A stretch of DNA of 56,371 nucleotides, filler included, from Dirinaria sp. TL-2023a (taxonomy: Eukaryota): NCBI GenBank assembly GCA_051941275.1. It is 4 parts of 4 records of this genome, joined end to end, with 100 filler letters (N's around TTAATTAATTAA, not from the genome) between each part and the next. Parts side by side here need not be neighbours in the genome. Positions count along the whole stretch, not along the records: positions 42,367 to 56,371 come from JAVEBF010000634.1; 3 more parts are not named here. One strand, written 5' to 3'. Position numbers and translations under genes: made by a program. The notes beneath the pieces are model-generated. The model had not been told where the DNA came from, ran no database searches, and saw only the letters and a list, made by a program, of their open reading frames with translations. Shown piece by piece: positions 51,330-56,371 of this stretch. Each line of letters begins with the position of its first letter. Positions within the stretch are counted from its first letter, which is position 1.

Positions 51330-52412
51330 CGCTCCGAGATTTGACGCGAAGATCCTGTACTCGTACATACATATGGGCATGGCATGCTGATGTGGGAGAG
51401 CTATCAGTTGCTTCTCTCCATCGGGGGCAAAAGGGAAAGGGGTGGCTTCGTCATAAACTTCAGTTACATAAGGTAACTAGCATTCTATTGGGAACATGAA
51501 TAGATCGACCTGTGACGAGAGAAAAGACGAGAAACGCACAAAAGCCGGGCCGCTTACCGATTGTCGAACCAGTTTCAGAACGCGAAATAAGACAAGTAAT
51601 TCGGAGTACTCCTTACCTTACCCCAGTAAGGTAATCTCTCCTTATTATATCTTCATACGACATCCTTGGTGATAGGTAATGTACTAGATTCACGTTCGTA
51701 CCTGAAATACGGGGTCCGCCTTCCATTTCGCACCCTTTTCTTCTTTTTTTTTTTTCATCGTTTCTTTTGCCTTCTTCCCACAGCAAAATCAATAGCACGG
51801 AGTTTTCTGCGTCTTCAGATTTTTAAAAAGGCCGGACGAAATCGCGATAATGCCAATTGTATTTTTCGGAATGTTTGTAGGGACCGCTGCTGCCTCTGTG
51901 GAAATATAAATGATGTTGACTGGGTCATGAAGATTGGACTGGAAGGTTCTTTATGGACAATACAGTGGAAAAGAGAAGGATCTTGAAACGGGCCTCAGAG
52001 CGTTGAGTGTTGGGCGCTATTCCCGTAAGATATATCCAAGGTAGGTGGTTACACCTCGATAGCCAATGCAGATACCTTACCTCCTGTTCAGGTGGGTGCT
52101 AGCCTCATTCCTTGACACTCACCTGCACACAAATTTCACTATGCGCGTAATGTGTGTGGAGGGAGCCTTCCGCTTGATGCTGTCAAGGCTGCCCCTCCAC
52201 TGAACCTTTCCAAATGTTTCCATCCGTATCGAATGTCGATTAGGCAGCCAATAATGTACGACCTGCGTGTGCAACCTCAAAGCGGGGTAGGGGCGGTAGA
52301 AAGATGGAAATGGAGGCGACGGTCTCGATTTCCCGGGCTCGATTTCCCGGTCTCGATCCTGCAAAAACCCTCTGCTGAGGCCAGATGTTGTAAGCCGAAA
52401 TCCTTTGGCTTG

Positions 52413-54162
52413 ATGTCAGGCGCTGAGGCTCTGGGTATCATCGCAAGTACCACCCAGCTTGCGGCCTACAGCATCAAAATCGTGCTTCACTTGCGTGAAC
52501 TCTGCAAAGAGGTACGCGGCATTCCTGGGCGAACGAACGAGCAAATAATTCAAGTCAGAGAGCTTATTGAAACAACCACCCTAATCGAGCAGCATCAATC
52601 GCTCCGGTCTCCAGCAATCGAAGCGCAGCTTCAGACTACTCTTGACGAAGCTCGATCCCTTTACAGCAATTTGAGAGATTTAGCAGGTAGATACAACACG
52701 AACCCACTCTTCCGATACTGGGACATTACCAAAGGGGCATCCGCAAAAGCAATACACTATCAATTAGAAAAACTGGACAGGCATAAGAGTACCTTGAAAT
52801 TGTGTATCAGTCTCGTCCACACTGATCTTCTCGCAAATATTGAGGGTGGAATCCGATCAGTGTCCAATAGTAGCATGCCGCGGCTCGCTGACCAGAGCCC
52901 ACCTCCATCAAGTACTGCTGTCAGTCTTCACACTGTTAGACATCTCGAGGGTCGAACTCTCTCCACCTAGACTCCTCCCACAACAATTTTGATTCGGCCA
53001 ATAAAACAAATGGCTAACGTTGATCCAGGCTACCCAAGGAGCAGGTATCAACACCACCTCAGCGCTTGTTCGAAAGATTGGAAACGAGTTGCTACCGGTC
53101 CCAGTCATGTCTGAAAACCGTGTAGAGAATACACTTCAAGCTGATACACGTACGGATATCTGAGCCTTTAGAGGAAGTCTTGCTAACTTAGTCAGCGGAG
53201 GCAAAGCAGTCAGCTCCGCAGAATCCTGCATTCCAATTTCAACGAGAGGTGACCTACTCTGGCAGTCATAGTGGTCACTTTTCCAATGTCCAGGGAGACC
53301 AAACATTCACAAACAGTAAGGGACTTTCCTACTGGATGCCGAACTCACTAGGACTGATAGCTGACTTCGCGCAGACTACGGACAGGAAAAGAATTCCAAG
53401 TTCAAGAAAATGCCAGAAGAAGAGCGTAACCACAAGCTGCATGATTATGCATTCGCAGGGAATAAGAAAGCTTTGAGCGCTTTGCTAAAAGCGGATGTCA
53501 ATGTGGAATACAGAGGGCCGAAAGGCAACACACCACTGCACCGAACTATCCCAGGTCATCATACCGAATGCGCTGCGCTCTTACTCGATTGTGCCGCAGA
53601 TGTAGATGCTCAAGGAGCTGGTAACGCCACTCCACTGATACTCTGCGCTCAACATGGAGACGACAAGACGGCAAAGTTGCTCCTTGAGAACGGTGCAAGT
53701 ACAGAAAAAAGAAACTCGTCTGGCGAAACAGCCCTTATGATTGCTTCGCGTGATCGACAATGGCTCATTGTCAGGTCTTTGCTCGAGTCTGGGGCCGATG
53801 TTCAGGCGGCTAATGATGCAGGCAAGACGGCTCTGATGCTTGCTTCTGACAATGGTCATCGCGAGGTAGTCAGTTTGCTCTTGGAAAAGGGGGCTCATGC
53901 TTAGGCAGAGACAAATCGCGGACGGACAGCATCAATGTTCGCTGCTGGTCATGGGCATGAGAAAGTTGTTCGAATCTTACTTCGGCATGGACCTGGGATC
54001 AATAAGGCTGATAGAACTGGGGGTAACACGGCTCTCATGTGGGCTGCTACGAATAGGCAATGGCTCGTCTATAATTTGCTTATTGAGGAGGGTGCAGATC
54101 AAGGAATGACTAATAAAGAAGGGCTGACAGCAGGTGACATAGCGAAAAGAAAGCAAAATTGA
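52413..54162 (+). CDS. SesA/HeLo-like N-terminal domain + amyloid-like motif + ~7 ankyrin repeats; in-frame TAG at 53902-53904
   Basis: Exons 52413-52919, 53029-53149, 53196-53315 and 53375-54162; all GT-AG, with branch points and matching phases. N-terminus MSGAEALGIIASTTQLAAY..LEKLDRHKSTLKLCI; ankyrin GxT(P/A)Lxx repeats continue in the same frame past the TAG. Confidence 0.8.
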
Positions 54163-56371
54163 ATAGTGGCTCAGACGAATGGGAATCATCGAAAAGCCAA
54201 TCTTTGATAGCTTTAATGAAAAAGGACAGTTTGCTTCGAAGCTCCATTGCCTTGTAGACCATCTCGAAGTCGAGGCTTTGAAGAGATGGGCCAATTCCAC
54301 CTCCCTAGTTGGATCAATTTGGTGAATAGGAGCTGGACTCTGTCTTAAAAAAGAGCTGGAAGCACGTTCAAGAATACTAGAGATCGAAGAGGTAGGAGAG
54401 AACGGTTAGGGTGTCAGTGGAATGCTTACTGGGCCTCTACGGAAAAGCCTCGGGTTCGTGTCGAAGCCGCAGGACTTGAAGCCGAGTTCTCTGTCCAAGG
54501 GGAAACCGCAGACGAAGTGTCTAGGCTTTATTAGATTGTCGGCCTATCAAAATCAGGTCTAATCCCTACTTACCTGCATTCTGGAGCATTGTTGCTCTCT
54601 ATCCATTCTTCGACTTTCTTTGATTCTGCCGAACTCCCTCTAATCTTAAAGCGAAGCAGTTGTTATCAGTTTCAATCAACTTTCTGGTCTGTTCGCTTTC
54701 TGACGATTGATTTCATCTCCTGCGGCTTAATGTTCTTTATCTAGACCCTATCAGCTTACACGTGTTCGACATTGCCGTGTCATTAGGGAAATAAGGGTCA
54801 GTATGAGAATAAATTGAAAGCCTTGTCTTAAATCCTCATCTCGGAGAGATTCAATTCGTTTTTCTCTTTCCATAGTATTTTTTACCTCTTATAGTGAAAG
54901 CGTTGGATCCTGAGTAATATGTAGCTCTATAAGTCAAGCTTTGAACGAACCTCGGTCGAAAAAGCTATTTAACGTCGCTTTGCGCTCAGTAGGGCTAAAT
55001 TGAGATAACATGTGTTTCAAGACGCTGTTAATTCATGGACCACTGGTGGAGGAGTTACACGGGGCCGCCGCGATCTTGCTTGCGCTCTCCTCCAAAAAAA
55101 AAAAAAAACAATCCGGGTGTTCAGTCCGAAAAAGAGACAGCAGCACTCACTAAGAGTAGTGACGGTGGACAAAAAGATTTATGACCAGAACAGCATCCAT
55201 CGTTCAAATGCATATGTAGACCCAGCTATTATCCCATGTTCCGGCCGGCTCAAAAATTTTTCTTGCAGAATCTCCTTCGAAGGGTTTGTTTTCTGCACAC
55301 AAAAGTGCAAGTGCCGTACGTACCTTATGTAGCATTCCGGTGAATCATTATGACTTTCGAGCTGAGTTGTTGCCTCCCAATTTTTTCTCTATTTCTCTCT
55401 CCAGCCCGTTTCGCCAGATATCATCCCTCACTACATGTACATTATAGCTTGAACCCCCCCCCCCTCCGTTCTCGGCAGAAGTTATTTGCTGCAAATCGAA
55501 TGAATAAATAGTAGTAAAGGTAGGTGAATTGAAATTGCCATTCGATCGAACTCGACTTGCTAACGGTAACAACAAATGTAGTTAATTATTGAAAGAGATA
55601 AACCAAAAAAAAAAAAAAAAAAAAAAAAATCCCTCGAATGGCTGAAACTGCAGAACAGTAAGGAAATGCGACAACCCGCTCGCTGTTTTGGTGTACATAC
55701 AGCCTTATCTAAGTTTTTCTTTGGTAAGCCTAGTTTATTGAGGGAGACAAACCCCCCTGACGAGTACGTATATCATGAAAAGGGGCCTGCTGCTGAAATT
55801 CGGATGAGAAAGATTTAGCGCGGAGCATCTGAAGGCATTTCAAAAAAAAATATTATTATTATTGTACATAGTTTACCTTGTGATTGCGGGTGTACATAGG
55901 TACGCGCTAAATGTTAGATCACAGCCAATCGGACGCTCATCCGAAAGATCAGTACCCTCGGACGAGGAGTACTCCGTACCTTAGTTCTAACACACCCGAC
56001 GGGCACGGGCATCTCCCGTCGCTAAAACGCATGTATGTACCTTATGTATGTATGTAATTTGTACCTTGCATGCCCCGCATTCATCAAACAAATTATTCAC
56101 CCTGTGCTTAGGTCGTCATTCCTTTTCAATACATCGAAATTAAATGAATGTAATTTGTCTATGAATCTCTCTTTTCACTTCACTCATTTATTCTTCCCCC
56201 CCCCAAAAAAAAAGCACCCAGCAATCCACTAGAAATTAAACCCACACACAACAACAGAATGTGTAACAACCCTTTTCTGTGAAGCGATTTCTTTTCCCAA
56301 ACAACAACAAAAACACGGAGAAACCGCGCTACATTCCACCGAACGACGACCCCTAAACATCCACCCACCAC

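Noticed and set aside
54567..54576. TACTTACCTG resembling the U1 snRNA 5' end
   Set aside because: No recognisable U1 stem-loops follow, and TACCT words are common in this genome.

Overview
This is eukaryotic DNA from a filamentous ascomycete (Pezizomycotina), judged from short GT-AG introns with CTRAY branch points and typical fungal genes. A lichen-type fungus is a guess only. The window is NOT one locus. It is four contigs (1-14039, 14140-28157, 28258-42266, 42367-56371; 14039/14018/14009/14005 bp, i.e. size-sorted) joined by 100-nt N44-TTAATTAATTAA-N44 linkers. Contig 1: a pseudogenised Zn2Cys6 transcription factor, a Cys-rich/Ser-Thr single-pass membrane protein, a secreted Cys-rich protein, a MITE-like element and the 5' stub of a methyltransferase. 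Contig 2: an Atos/DUF4210 protein, an OM14-like protein with a 2-nt microexon, a small membrane protein, BOS1 and a ChsD-type chitin synthase. Contig 3: AT-rich repeat relics, a four-module nested palindrome carrying TTAGGG repeats, TGS1, TAF1, a WSC protein and COG4. Contig 4: tubulin cofactor B, a WDxR (DCAF, Raf1/DIM-9-like) WD40 protein, a peroxisomal acyl-CoA synthetase, and a SesA/HeLo-like + amyloid-like motif + ankyrin gene with no NACHT domain and an in-frame TAG. The best candidates for something new are that possible one-gene amyloid-signalling cell-death module, the telomere-repeat palindrome upstream of TGS1, and AGGTA/TACCT arrays at the 5' end of most genes. All gene models were spliced by eye and family calls come from recalled motifs. 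No database search was run.
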